The notes under the pieces are model-generated. The model made no database searches. It was not told where the DNA came from and saw nothing but the letters and a program-made list of their open reading frames with translations. Source: Candidatus Limnocylindria bacterium (GTDB lineage Bacteria > Chloroflexota > Limnocylindria > QHBO01). Taken from it: DNA of 64,000 nucleotides. Where the stretch lies: positions 277 to 64,276 of the forward strand of contig DASWIE010000003.1 of assembly GCA_036397815.1 (NCBI GenBank), given 5' to 3'. Of this stretch, positions 9,281 to 19,610 are shown piece after piece (positions within the stretch are counted from its first letter, which is position 1; each line of letters starts with the position of its first letter). Both the position numbers and the translations under genes were made by a program.

Positions 9281-11725
9281 ATGCGGGTGCCGCTCTCCTG
9301 GCTGCGCGAGTACGTTCCGGTCGAGCTCGCCCCCGAGGCGCTCGCCGAGCAGCTGACCCTGCGCGGGATGGAGGTGAGCGGCATCGAAGTTTCGGGCGCG
9401 GACTGGACCGATGTCGTGGTCGGGCGGCTGCTCAGCGTGGATCGGCACCCGAACGCCGACAAGCTGTGGCTCACCACGGTGGACGCCGGCGGTCCTGAGC
9501 CGCTGCGCATCGTGTGCGGGGCTGACAACGTGCGACCCGGGCAGCTCGTGCCGGTGGCGCGGGTGGGGGCGATGCTGCCCGGCGGCCGGCGCATCGAGCG
9601 CAGCAAGATCCGCGGGGTCGAGTCGGAGGGGATGCTCTGCTCGCCGATCGAGCTGGGGCTCGGCGACGACGCGGAGGGGATCCTGATCCTGGGCACCGAC
9701 GACGAGCATCCGATCGGGGCGGACCTGGCGCCGCTCGTCGGCGAAGTGGTGCTCGACGTGGACGTCAAGCCGAACCGCGGCGACGCGCTCTCCATGGTCG
9801 GGCTCGCGCGCGAGGTTGCGGCCTTCACCGGCGGACAGCTGCGCGTGCCGGAGGCATCGGTCAGTGAGGATCCGGCGCTGGATGCCTCCGACAGGGTGAG
9901 CGTCACGATCGAGGACGCGGTCGGCTGTCCGCGCTTCGCCGCCCGCTGGTTCGAGCGCGTCGCCAACGGGCCGTCGCCGGCCTGGATGCAGCAGCGACTG
10001 CTTGCGGCCGGAATGCGGCCGATCTCCGCGGTAGTGGACGTCACGAACTACGTCATGCACGAGCTGGGACAACCGATGCACGTGTACGATGCCGGTTCGG
10101 TGCCCGATGGCCGGATCGTGGTGCGGCGGGCACGCCCTGGCGAAGAGCTCGAGACCATCGACCACGAGAACCGCGTCCTGGACGACCGGATGCTGGTGAT
10201 CGCCGACCGCGAGCGGGCGATCGGCCTGGCGGGGATCATGGGCGGCGCCTCGACCGAGGTCACCGCCGCCACGACGCGCGTGATCCTCGAGTCGGCGATC
10301 TTCCACGGGCCGACCATTCGCAACGCCGCGCGGCGGCTCGGCCTCCGATCGGAGGCGAGCCTCCGCCACGAGAAGGGGATCAGCCACTCGCTGCCGCGAT
10401 ACGCGGCGGACCGCGCCGCACGCCTGATCGCCGAGATCACCGGCGCGGCGGTGGCCACAGGTATTGTCGACAACGATCCCGCTCCGAAGCCGGCGGACGT
10501 GGTCGAGCTCGAGCTGGCACGGACAACGCGGCTGCTGGGGATCCCGCTCGAAGCCGGGCAGGTCGGAGAGCTGATCACGCCGTTGGGGTTCGAGGTCAAT
10601 CCGCGCGGCGCGGACGGCGTCAGCGTCACCGTCCCGAGCCACCGGCTGGACGTGGTGGCGCCCGAGGACGTGGCCGAGGAGATCGCGCGAGCCTACGGCT
10701 ACGATCGGATTCCCGGCCGCCTGCCCGAGCCGCAGCTGCCGCCATTCCGCGCCGATCCCTCCGAGCCGCGACACCGGGTGCGGCGGATCCTGGCCGGGCT
10801 GGGGCTGGACGAGGTGGTGACCCACGCGCTGATCGGGCCAGCGGACCTCGAGCGCAGCGGCTACGACCCGAACGACGAGGGCAACGTGCGGGTGGCGAAT
10901 CCGCTGGCCGAGCAGCACAGCATCCTGCGGCCGGCCCTCTACCCGTCGCTGCTGGCGGCGCTGGCGGAGAACGTCCACCAGCGGCGGACCGATCCGTGGA
11001 TCTTCGAGGTCGGCAAGACGTACTGGATGAGCGGCGCCAACGGCCCGCCCTGGGCGGAGACAGCGGGAACCGGTCGGTACGAGGCCTGGCACGTGGGTAT
11101 CGCGCTGCTCGGCCCAAGGCTGCCGCGCTCGCTCGAGGTGCGCGGTGAGGCGCGGGACGCGGACGTGGCCGAGCTGAAGGGAATCGTGGAGGCGCTGCAC
11201 GCGGCGCTCGGCGCGCCGCCGCCCGGATTCCGCGCCGAATCGGCCGAGGAGCGCCACCCGCACCTGCACCCCGGCCGCGCGGCACGCCTGGTGAACGCCG
11301 CGGGTCGAGCCTACGGCAGCGTTGGCGAGCTGGACCCGCGCATCGCCTCCGCCTGGGACCTGCCGGGCCGGCCGGTGATTGCCGCTGTCAACCTGCCGCA
11401 GCTCTTCGAGCTGATCCGCCCCGAGGTGCGCCTCTCCGCCCTACCCGCCGCCCAGCCGATCGACCGCGACCTGGCGGTCGTTCTGGACGAAGCGACACCG
11501 CTCGGTGAGCTGCTGCGCATCGTGCGGGCCAGCGCCGGACCGATGCTGGTGAGCGCTCACGCCTTCGACGCCTACCGAGGGCCGCAGGTCGGGGCGGGAT
11601 CGGTGTCCTACGCGATCGCCCTGCGCTTCCAGCCCGATGAGCCCGCGGACGAGAAGGGAGTCGAGCGCGCCATGAACCGCATCCGCGGCTCGGTCCAGCA
11701 CCACCTGGACGCCACCATCCGCTGA
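9281..11725 (+). CDS. pheT: phenylalanine--tRNA ligase beta subunit
   Basis: 814 aa; MRVPLSWLREYV..., tRNA-binding domain (HPNADKLW), B3/4, B5 and FDX-ACB domains. Confidence 0.95.
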   Translation: MRVPLSWLREYVPVELAPEALAEQLTLRGMEVSGIEVSGADWTDVVVGRLLSVDRHPNADKLWLTTVDAGGPEPLRIVCGADNVRPGQLVPVARVGAMLPGGRRIERSKIRGVESEGMLCSPIELGLGDDAEGILILGTDDEHPIGADLAPLVGEVVLDVDVKPNRGDALSMVGLAREVAAFTGGQLRVPEASVSEDPALDASDRVSVTIEDAVGCPRFAARWFERVANGPSPAWMQQRLLAAGMRPISAVVDVTNYVMHELGQPMHVYDAGSVPDGRIVVRRARPGEELETIDHENRVLDDRMLVIADRERAIGLAGIMGGASTEVTAATTRVILESAIFHGPTIRNAARRLGLRSEASLRHEKGISHSLPRYAADRAARLIAEITGAAVATGIVDNDPAPKPADVVELELARTTRLLGIPLEAGQVGELITPLGFEVNPRGADGVSVTVPSHRLDVVAPEDVAEEIARAYGYDRIPGRLPEPQLPPFRADPSEPRHRVRRILAGLGLDEVVTHALIGPADLERSGYDPNDEGNVRVANPLAEQHSILRPALYPSLLAALAENVHQRRTDPWIFEVGKTYWMSGANGPPWAETAGTGRYEAWHVGIALLGPRLPRSLEVRGEARDADVAELKGIVEALHAALGAPPPGFRAESAEERHPHLHPGRAARLVNAAGRAYGSVGELDPRIASAWDLPGRPVIAAVNLPQLFELIRPEVRLSALPAAQPIDRDLAVVLDEATPLGELLRIVRASAGPMLVSAHAFDAYRGPQVGAGSVSYAIALRFQPDEPADEKGVERAMNRIRGSVQHHLDATIR

Positions 11726-11827
11726 ACGGCTTGCGGCTTTCCCGCTGCGACCGGGACTGCTACGCTTCCGCCGCCCGAGCCGCCGGTGCCCCCGGCCTCG
11801 GATCAGCGTTAACCAGGAGGGTGGGGC

Positions 11828-12397
11828 ATGGAGTTCTTCGCGAAGCTGAGCCCGATCGACCTCTTCATCGTCGCGAGCCTGGCTGCAGGCGTCTTTGCCG
11901 GATTCACACAGGGCATCGTCCGATACGCGCTGAACGCGGTGGTGGTGGTGGTCGCCTTCGTGGTCGCCAGTCAGCTGAAGGGACCACTCTTCGAGCTTCT
12001 GAGCGCATGGCAGGCCTTCACGCCGGAGCTGCGGGAGCAGATCATCTTCCTGGTGCTCTTCGTCGGGCTCGTGATCGGCGGCTGGTTCCTGGTGCGCGCC
12101 TTCTACAAGCGTTCCCGGCTCCCGATCGCGAAGCAGCTCGACGAGCTTGGCGGCGCGGTGCTTGGCCTGCTCTTCGCGGCCCTTACGATCGTCTTCCTGC
12201 TGTTGGTGATGGACGACTTCTTCCTGCGGGTCTCGGAAGGCGGAGCCGTCAGCGCCGGCCCGCTCAAGGGCTTCTACGACGCCATGGACAGCTCGGTCCT
12301 CGTCGCGTTCTTCCGCGAGACCCTGATCCCGACGGCCGGCTTGCTGGCGCGCCCGTTCGTCCCGAGCGAGATCGCCGAACTCCTGGATCGGCAATGA
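11828..12397 (+). CDS. cvpA: CvpA family membrane protein
   Basis: 189 aa, four predicted TM helices. Position upstream of mutS2 matches Firmicutes-type synteny. Confidence 0.7.
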   Translation: MEFFAKLSPIDLFIVASLAAGVFAGFTQGIVRYALNAVVVVVAFVVASQLKGPLFELLSAWQAFTPELREQIIFLVLFVGLVIGGWFLVRAFYKRSRLPIAKQLDELGGAVLGLLFAALTIVFLLLVMDDFFLRVSEGGAVSAGPLKGFYDAMDSSVLVAFFRETLIPTAGLLARPFVPSEIAELLDRQ

Positions 12398-13023
12398 CCG
12401 CGGCGGCCGCCGAGGCGCCGGACGAGGCGCCCTCCGGCGGCGAGCGGATCACGGACCGCGCATGGTTCGACCGACCAGCGGCCGAGGTCGCGCCCGACCT
12501 GCTGGGCGCCCTGTTGATCCACGACTCACCTGACGGCCGGGTGGCCGGGCGGATCGTCGAGGTCGAGGCGTACCAGGGTCCCGAGGATCGCGCGGCGCAC
12601 TCGTCGCGCGGTCGGACGCCGCGCAACAGCGTGATGTTCGGCGCACCGGGCCATCTCTACGTCTACCTGATCTACGGCCTGCATCACTGCGCCAACATCG
12701 TGTGCGGGCCTGGCACCAAGCCCGAGGCGGTGCTGCTGCGCGCCGCCGCCGTCACCGAAGGCGAGGACCTGGCGCGCAGCCGGCGCGGCACGGTCCCGAC
12801 GACTCGGCTGGCGTCCGGGCCTGGGAATCTGGGTGTCGCGTTCGGCATCGATCGCCGCCTGAACGGCGCCGACTTGATCCGCGGTCCGGTTGGGGTCGCG
12901 CTCGGGGCGCCGGCGCGACGGTTCGCCCGAACGCCGCGCATCGGAGTCGCCTATGCCGGCGCCTGGGCGTCGCGACGGCTGCGCTACCTGATCCCCGATG
13001 ACCCCCACCGCTCAGGACGCTGA
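12394..13023 (+). CDS. mpg: DNA-3-methyladenine glycosylase (Mpg/AAG family)
   Basis: C-terminal 210 aa of ORF 11731..13023: RIVEVEAYQGPEDRAAHSSRGRTPRNSVMFGAPGHLYVYLIYGLHHCANIV. ATG at 12394 overlaps the cvpA stop (ATGA). Confidence 0.85.
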   Translation: MTAAAAEAPDEAPSGGERITDRAWFDRPAAEVAPDLLGALLIHDSPDGRVAGRIVEVEAYQGPEDRAAHSSRGRTPRNSVMFGAPGHLYVYLIYGLHHCANIVCGPGTKPEAVLLRAAAVTEGEDLARSRRGTVPTTRLASGPGNLGVAFGIDRRLNGADLIRGPVGVALGAPARRFARTPRIGVAYAGAWASRRLRYLIPDDPHRSGR

Positions 13024-15439
13024 GCCGGCGCCAGGCGCGGCCGCCGACGCGAGCACCCTGCGCGCCCTCGAGTTCGCGGCGATCGTCGACGAGCTCGCGG
13101 CGCTGACAGCCTTCGCCCCCTCGCGCGAGATGGCGGAGGCGACGCTGCCGATGGCCGATCCGGTCCACGTCGGACTGCTGCAGGACCAGACCGGCGAGGC
13201 CGCCCGCCTGCTCGACGAGCAGGCGCAGGCCACCATCGGTAGTGCACGAGACGTGCGCGGTGCGATGGAGCGCGCCCGTCGCGGCGGTCGGCTCACCGCG
13301 GCCGAGCTGCTCGACATCGCCGAGACGCTGCGCGCCACGGGACTCTTCGCCGCCCGACTCCAGAGCTGGCGTGGGCGCCACCTGTCCGGGGTGCGCGATG
13401 AGCTCGACGCGGCCCCGGCCCTGCGCGAACGGATCGAGCGCAGCGTCGACGAGGCGGGCCAGATCCTGGACTCGGCCTCGTCGGAGCTGGCCGCCATCCG
13501 GAAGCGGCTGCGCACGGCGCAGGACCGCGTTCGGGAGCGCCTGAACGCGATGCTACGTTCAGCCGATCTGGCGGGCGTCATCGGCGAGGCGATCGTCACC
13601 GTGCGCGCGGGACGCTACGTGATCCCGATCCGGGCCGAGGCCAAGGGACGGGTCAAGGGGATCGTCCACGACCAGAGCGCGTCAGGGGCGACGCTCTTCG
13701 TCGAGCCACTGACGGTGGTGGAGCTGAACAACACGTGGACCCAGGCGACCCTCGACGCCGAGCGCGAGGAGGAGCGCATCCTCGACGAGCTCTCGCGCGA
13801 GGTGGAGGCTCGCGCCGAGCCGCTGCTTGCATCGCTCCGGGCCCTCGCGCGCGCCGACCTGTGGATGGCCCGCGCACGGCTCGGCTCGCAGCTGGACGCG
13901 GTGCGACCGCAGGTGACCGATGACGCCGCCGAGCTCCTATCCGCGCGCCATCCGCTTCTCGGTCCCGGCGCGGTGCCGATCGACCTGCGTATCGGTGAAC
14001 GGTTCGGCTATCGGGCCCTGATCGTGACCGGCCCCAACACCGGCGGCAAGACGGTCTCGCTCAAGACGCTGGGCCTGCTGACGCTGATGCACCAGGCCGG
14101 CCTGCGGGTGCCGGCCGCCGATGGCGCGCGACTGCCGGTATTCACCCGAGTGATGGCCGACATCGGGGATGAGCAGAGCATCGCGCAGTCCCTCTCCACT
14201 TTCTCCAGCCACCTTCGCAACGTGGTGCGCTTCGTGGCTGCCGCCAGACCCGGCACGCTGGTGCTGCTGGACGAGGTTGGGGCGGGCACCGATCCGACCG
14301 AGGGCTCGGCCCTGGCGATGGCGATCGTCGAGCGGCTGCTGGCCGCCGGCGCCACGGTGGCGGCGACGACCCACTACGCCGAGCTGAAGGCCTTCGCGCA
14401 GGAGCACCCGCTGGTGAGCAATGCCAGCGTTGCCTTCGACGTCGCCACCCTGCGCCCCACCTACCGGCTCGAGATCGGGCTGCCCGGCAAATCGCAGGCC
14501 TTCGCCATCGCCGAGCGGCTGGGCCTCGCGCGCGAGATCCTGGATGACGCGCGGTCGCGGCTGGCCGCCGAGCACGTATCGATGGAAGAGGCGCTGTCCG
14601 CGATCGCCAGGACCGAGGAGGCCCGCAGCGCCGAGCTGGACCTGGCCCGCGTCGAGCGGGAGGCCGCGCTGGCCGAGCGCGAGCTGGCGCGGACCGGCGT
14701 CAGCCGCGCCCGGCGCGAGGCGGCAACAGTGCTGACCGACGCCCGGCGGGCGGCGGACGAGCTGCTGGCCCGCGCCGAACGCGAGGTGGCCGAGCTGCGG
14801 CGCGAGCTGACCCGGCAGCGGAATCTGGCCGGCAGCCGGGAGCGGAGCGCGCCGACGGCCACTGCCGCCGCCTTCGACGAGCTGACCGCGCGGGCGGCGC
14901 GCGCGAGGTCCGAGGCGGCTGGCGCGGACGCCGAGGAGCGGTCCCCCGACGACGACGGCCCAGCGCCGGCGGGAGATGCCCCGCAGCCGCGCGTCGGGCT
15001 GTGGGGCCGCAGCCGGACGCTCGGCAGCGTTGGCCGCATCGTCGAGATCAGCGGGCGGACCGGCCGCGTCACGCTGGAGACCGACGACGCACGCCTGGTG
15101 GTACCGGCCGACGACATCGAGGTCGTGGCCGAGCCGATCCGCGGTCCGGCACCGCGCGACGCCGCCGACGACGAGCTGCGGCGGCGCGCCGCCGGCAGCA
15201 TCGCCCCGCGCCTGGACCTGCGTGGCGAGCGGGTCGAGGCCGCGATCGAGCAGCTCACCGCCTACCTCGACCAGGCCCTGCTGGCCGGGCTCGAGGAGGC
15301 AGTCATCGTCCACGGCGCGGGGACCGGCGCGCTGCGCCGCGCGATCCGAGAGTTCCTGGCCGAGCATCCCCGCGTGCGCGGCACGCGACCGGGCCGCCGC
15401 GAGGAGGGAGGCGACGGCACGACCGTCGCCCAGCTCTAG
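12998..15439 (+). CDS. mutS2: endonuclease MutS2 (MutS domain V ATPase plus C-terminal Smr)
   Basis: 813 aa; Walker A GPNTGGKTVSLK, coiled-coil middle, Smr-like C-terminus (LDLRGERVEAAIEQL...VIVHGAGTGALRRAI). Confidence 0.92.
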   Translation: MTPTAQDAEPAPGAAADASTLRALEFAAIVDELAALTAFAPSREMAEATLPMADPVHVGLLQDQTGEAARLLDEQAQATIGSARDVRGAMERARRGGRLTAAELLDIAETLRATGLFAARLQSWRGRHLSGVRDELDAAPALRERIERSVDEAGQILDSASSELAAIRKRLRTAQDRVRERLNAMLRSADLAGVIGEAIVTVRAGRYVIPIRAEAKGRVKGIVHDQSASGATLFVEPLTVVELNNTWTQATLDAEREEERILDELSREVEARAEPLLASLRALARADLWMARARLGSQLDAVRPQVTDDAAELLSARHPLLGPGAVPIDLRIGERFGYRALIVTGPNTGGKTVSLKTLGLLTLMHQAGLRVPAADGARLPVFTRVMADIGDEQSIAQSLSTFSSHLRNVVRFVAAARPGTLVLLDEVGAGTDPTEGSALAMAIVERLLAAGATVAATTHYAELKAFAQEHPLVSNASVAFDVATLRPTYRLEIGLPGKSQAFAIAERLGLAREILDDARSRLAAEHVSMEEALSAIARTEEARSAELDLARVEREAALAERELARTGVSRARREAATVLTDARRAADELLARAEREVAELRRELTRQRNLAGSRERSAPTATAAAFDELTARAARARSEAAGADAEERSPDDDGPAPAGDAPQPRVGLWGRSRTLGSVGRIVEISGRTGRVTLETDDARLVVPADDIEVVAEPIRGPAPRDAADDELRRRAAGSIAPRLDLRGERVEAAIEQLTAYLDQALLAGLEEAVIVHGAGTGALRRAIREFLAEHPRVRGTRPGRREEGGDGTTVAQL

Positions 15440-18217
15440 CTAGGGTGGGCCCTCCTGTGGATCGGACGCATCCGTACACCCCGGGTCGAGAAGGTCGACC
15501 AGCAGGTCACCGTCATTGTCGATCCCATCGGCGCACTGTGTGACCGGCGGCGGGGTGGGGGTCGGCCCGGGTGTGGGGGTCTCCTCCGGCGTGGGGCTGG
15601 GCGTCGGTGAGGGCGTGGGCGATGGGGTGGAGGTCGGTACCTCGCCCGGCGTGCACTCCTCGGTGGGCGCCAGCGGAGCGTCGAGCGGTGGCGCCGGCGC
15701 GCGGCGCAGTGACGACTCGTTTCCGCCTGCATAGCGCTCGATCCAGGCGCGGTTGGCGGCTTGCCAGGTCGGGAAGTTCTCCTCGAGGTCGTTCAGGTCG
15801 ATGAGGACCTTCTCGTCCGCCTCCGGCGGCGCCGGTGCGGCGCTGGGATCGGGGCTTCCCGACGGCACGACCGTCGCGAAGTCGCCACAGCCCTCCTGCC
15901 AGATCTTGCCCGTCTCGACCTCGATCCGCAGCTCGCGGTGGACGTTGTCCTCCTGCGACGGCTGGTTCGATTCGGCGAACACCTCGGTAAACGTGGAGAT
16001 GGTGTGCTCGCCGGGTCGCATGCCGCTGATCGTGTCGACCTGGGCCTCGACGATCCCGGCGGGGCGCGGGAAGTCACGGATCTTGATGCCAAGGTTCCCG
16101 ATCACTTCGGCCATGTAGTCGTGCCAGATGAAAGTGGGACCGTCGGCGGCGAAGACGTCCGCGATTTCGGTGAAATCGCTGTTGCCGACCCATACGCCGG
16201 TGACGATCGCCCCCTCGTCGATCGCCGGATCGACGTCGGGTGCCAGGTAGCCGACGGCCTGCAGGTCGCGGAAGTCGTTGGTGGTGCCGGTCTTGAGCGT
16301 TGCCGGGCGGCGACGGTCATCGGTCACCAGCTGGAAGCGCCGGCCCCAGATCGAGTTTTGGGCCGGGTCCGTGTTGTCGGCCAGGACATCGGTCACCAGG
16401 TAGGCCGCCTGCTCCGAGATGACGCGCTCCGGCTCCGGTGCATCCTCGGCGCGGTCGTAGATGACGTTCCCGTCGCGGTCGGTGATGGTCTGGATCAGGT
16501 ACGGCTCGGCCAGCAGGCCACCGTTCGCCATCGCCCCGTATGCCCCAGTCAGGTCGAGCATGTGAACGCCGATGGTGCCGAGCGTCAGCGATGGGACCCC
16601 CGCCTCCTCGGCCTGTACCGGATCCCATTCGAGCCCGAATCGTTCGGCCGAGGCGACCAGGTTCTCCGTCCCGATCAGCTGCTGCGCCTTGGCGGCCGGA
16701 ATGTTCATCGAGTACTTGAGCGCGTCGCGCATCCGAACCGGCCCGCGCTCGCCGCCGTCGGCGTTCGGGACCTCGTAGCCGTCGACGATCTCGCCCTTGA
16801 CGTCCATGAACAGCGAGGCAGGGGTGAGGACCCCGCGGTCGAAGCCGGTGGCGTAGGTGATCGGCTTGAAGGCCGAGCCCGACTGGCGGAAGGCCTGCCC
16901 GATGACGTCGAAGTTCGGCTGGTGCGCGGGCGTCGCCTCACCGTAGAAGTTGGCCGAGCCAACGTAGGCCAGCACAGCGCCGGTGCGGTAGTTGAGACTC
17001 ACCAGCGCGTCGTTGTTGATGTTGCGACCCTGGAGCTGCTTGATCCAGGCCAGCGCCGGCTCGCCGTACTTGGCGATCAGCTGCTCGTCGTCGAGCCGGT
17101 CCAGGTCATACGCCACGCCCGCCCACTTCTCGGCGAAGACCTGGTAGTTGTTGTAGTCGAGGGTGGTGACGATCTCCAGCCCGCCGCGGTCGAGCAGGTC
17201 CTCGCTGCCGAGCAGCTCACCGGCCGCGCGCCGCACGGCATAGACGAAATGCGGGGCCTTGTACTGAAGTGCACGTGGGGGAGCGAGGACGATCTCCTCA
17301 TTGGCGGCCGCCTCCGCCTCCGCCTCGGTGATGTAGCCCGAATCGACCATGTTGGCGAGGACGAAGCCCTGGACCCGCTTGGCCCCGGCAGTCTCGGGCA
17401 CGACCAGGACGGTGTTGCCGTCGGCGTCGGTCTGCTCGACCGCCTCCGCGGTCGGGTCGAGCGTCGAGGGCGCCCGGACGAGGCCCACCAGCAGGGCCGC
17501 CTCGCCCACCGTGACCTGCTGCTCGGGGTCGGTGGAGCGGATGTCCTTGCCGTAGTACGCGTTGGCCGCGGCCCAGATCCCGTACGCCAGGTTGCCGTAG
17601 TAGACCTGGTTCATGTACATCTCCAGGATCTTCTCCCGGCCCTCCTCCCCCCCGTACGCGTCGCCGACGCGCAGGGCGAGGATCGCCTCCTTGATCTTCC
17701 GCTCGAACCGCCGATCCGCAGACATCAGGTCAGAGTCGAAGAGGCGGATCCGGACCAGCTGCTGGCAGATGGTTGAGCCGCCGGAGACCTCCTCGCCGGC
17801 GGTCAGGTTCTGGATGGCGGCGCGCACGATACCGCGGAAGTCGATGCACGGGTTGGTCCAGAAGGTCTGGTCCTCGGCGGCGACCTGCGCCTCGATCAGC
17901 AGCTGCGGTATCTCATCGAACGTGAGCGCGCGTCGGTCCTCGGCCGCAAACGTGGCCAGCTCGACGCCATCCGCCGAGGAGACGGACGACCCTTCGCTCA
18001 GCGGGAAGTCCTCGAGGTCCGCCGGGCTGGGAAGCCCGGTGGTGAATGCGGCATACACGCCCATCAGGCCGATGAACAGTGCAGCGGCGAGGGCGACGGA
18101 GGCGCCAAGGATGACGGCGGGCAGCGAAACGAACCCACCGGCTGGCCGTCGGGGTGCCGCCCGGCGGGCACCGGGCGGGGGAAGGGTGCCGCGTGGCGGC
18201 AGCGGACGTCGCGACAT
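15440..18217 (-). CDS. class A penicillin-binding protein (PBP1A-type glycosyltransferase/transpeptidase) with Pro/Thr linker and Cys-flanked DxDxDG C-terminal module
   Basis: 925 aa. GT51 motifs (EDQTFWTNPCIDFRGI, GGSTICQQLVR) and transpeptidase SGSAFKP. Tail is TPSPTPSPTPSPTPEETPTPGPTPTPPPVTQCADGIDNDGDLLVDLLDPGC. Confidence 0.9.
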   Translation of the reverse strand: MSRRPLPPRGTLPPPGARRAAPRRPAGGFVSLPAVILGASVALAAALFIGLMGVYAAFTTGLPSPADLEDFPLSEGSSVSSADGVELATFAAEDRRALTFDEIPQLLIEAQVAAEDQTFWTNPCIDFRGIVRAAIQNLTAGEEVSGGSTICQQLVRIRLFDSDLMSADRRFERKIKEAILALRVGDAYGGEEGREKILEMYMNQVYYGNLAYGIWAAANAYYGKDIRSTDPEQQVTVGEAALLVGLVRAPSTLDPTAEAVEQTDADGNTVLVVPETAGAKRVQGFVLANMVDSGYITEAEAEAAANEEIVLAPPRALQYKAPHFVYAVRRAAGELLGSEDLLDRGGLEIVTTLDYNNYQVFAEKWAGVAYDLDRLDDEQLIAKYGEPALAWIKQLQGRNINNDALVSLNYRTGAVLAYVGSANFYGEATPAHQPNFDVIGQAFRQSGSAFKPITYATGFDRGVLTPASLFMDVKGEIVDGYEVPNADGGERGPVRMRDALKYSMNIPAAKAQQLIGTENLVASAERFGLEWDPVQAEEAGVPSLTLGTIGVHMLDLTGAYGAMANGGLLAEPYLIQTITDRDGNVIYDRAEDAPEPERVISEQAAYLVTDVLADNTDPAQNSIWGRRFQLVTDDRRRPATLKTGTTNDFRDLQAVGYLAPDVDPAIDEGAIVTGVWVGNSDFTEIADVFAADGPTFIWHDYMAEVIGNLGIKIRDFPRPAGIVEAQVDTISGMRPGEHTISTFTEVFAESNQPSQEDNVHRELRIEVETGKIWQEGCGDFATVVPSGSPDPSAAPAPPEADEKVLIDLNDLEENFPTWQAANRAWIERYAGGNESSLRRAPAPPLDAPLAPTEECTPGEVPTSTPSPTPSPTPSPTPEETPTPGPTPTPPPVTQCADGIDNDGDLLVDLLDPGCTDASDPQEGPP

Positions 18218-18292
18218 CGGTCATCCGACTGTAGCACGCGACGTGCCGGAGCTCCGGGAGGCCGGCGTCCGGCGACGTGTACTCTGCGACGC

Positions 18293-19561
18293 ATGAGCGC
18301 GGAGATCATCGATGACCTGGATTGGCGAGGCCTGATCGCCGACAGCACCGATCTGGACGCTTTGCGCGCCACCCTCGCCGCCGGCCCGATCACCTTCTAC
18401 TGCGGCTTCGACCCGACCGCGCCGAGCCTGCACTTCGGCAACCTCGTCCAGCTGGTGACGATGCGACGCTTTCAGCAGGCCGGGCACCGTCCCATCGCGG
18501 TAGTGGGCGGGGCGACCGGCCTGGTGGGCGACCCGAGCGGCAAGTCGGCGGAGCGAGCACTGAACGAGGTCGCCGTGGTCGAGGCCTGGGTCGAGCGCAT
18601 CCGGCCCCAGATCGAGCATTTCCTGGCGTTCGACGGCGACAACGCGGCAAGGATGGTCAACAACCTGGAATGGACCGGGCCGATGACCGTGATCGAGTTC
18701 CTGCGCGATATCGGCAAGCACTTCAGCATCGCCCGCATGCTCGCCAAGGAGTCGGTCAGCGCGCGGGTGAGCGATGAGGGGATCAGCTTCACCGAGTTCA
18801 GCTACCAGATCCTGCAGGCGATGGACTACCTGGAGCTGTTCCGACGCTATGGCTGCGTGCTGCAGAGCGGGGGATCGGACCAGTGGGGCAACCTCACGGC
18901 AGGCGTCGACCTCATCCGACGCGTCGAGGGCGCCACCGTTCACGCGCTGGCGACGCCCCTCGTGACGCGCTCCGATGGCCAGAAGTACGGCAAGACCGAG
19001 GCGGGCGCCATCTGGCTCGACCCGGACAGCACCTCACCCTTCGCCTTCTACCAGTACTTCCTCAACCAGGCCGATGCCGACGCCGTCCCGCTGTTGAAGG
19101 TCTTCAGCTTCCGCTCACGTGACGAGATCGAGGAGCTGGCGCGGGCGACCGCCGAGCTCCCGGAGGCGCGGGCGGCGCAGCGGGCGCTGGCCCAGGAGCT
19201 GACCGAGCTGGTGCACGGCGCCGACGAGGCGTCCCGAGCGATCGCCGCCAGCGCCGCCCTGTTCGGCGACGGGGAGCTGGCGAACCTGGACGAGGAGACG
19301 GTGCGAGCCTCGCTGCGCGAGGTGCCCCGGGCCGAGATCCGTGGCGACCTGCCGCCGCTGCTCGACCTGCTGGTCGCCACCGGGCTCGCTCGCAGCCTGT
19401 CCGATGCGCGCCGCACCGTCTCCGATGGCGGGATCTACCTGAACAATCGCCGCGTCACCGATGCGGCAACGGTGCCCGCTGCAGAGGACCTGATCCATGG
19501 CCGCTGGCTGGTGCTGCGCCGTGGCAAGCGACAGCTGGCCGCGGTCGAACGCGTCGACTGA
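18293..19561 (+). CDS. tyrS: tyrosine--tRNA ligase
   Basis: 422 aa; class I HIGH-type motif (PSLHFGN), KMSKS-like KYGKTE, C-terminal S4-like domain. Confidence 0.95.
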   Translation: MSAEIIDDLDWRGLIADSTDLDALRATLAAGPITFYCGFDPTAPSLHFGNLVQLVTMRRFQQAGHRPIAVVGGATGLVGDPSGKSAERALNEVAVVEAWVERIRPQIEHFLAFDGDNAARMVNNLEWTGPMTVIEFLRDIGKHFSIARMLAKESVSARVSDEGISFTEFSYQILQAMDYLELFRRYGCVLQSGGSDQWGNLTAGVDLIRRVEGATVHALATPLVTRSDGQKYGKTEAGAIWLDPDSTSPFAFYQYFLNQADADAVPLLKVFSFRSRDEIEELARATAELPEARAAQRALAQELTELVHGADEASRAIAASAALFGDGELANLDEETVRASLREVPRAEIRGDLPPLLDLLVATGLARSLSDARRTVSDGGIYLNNRRVTDAATVPAAEDLIHGRWLVLRRGKRQLAAVERVD

Positions 19562-19587
19562 AGGCCGCGGCGGTACCCATTGGGCCT

Positions 19588-19610
19588 GGGAGGGAACGCG
19601 CCGCCCTCCC
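19588..19610 (+). terminator. hairpin downstream of tyrS
   Basis: GGGAGGG-N9-CCCTCCC, 27 nt after the tyrS stop. Overlaps the start of a decayed repeat copy. Confidence 0.35.
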
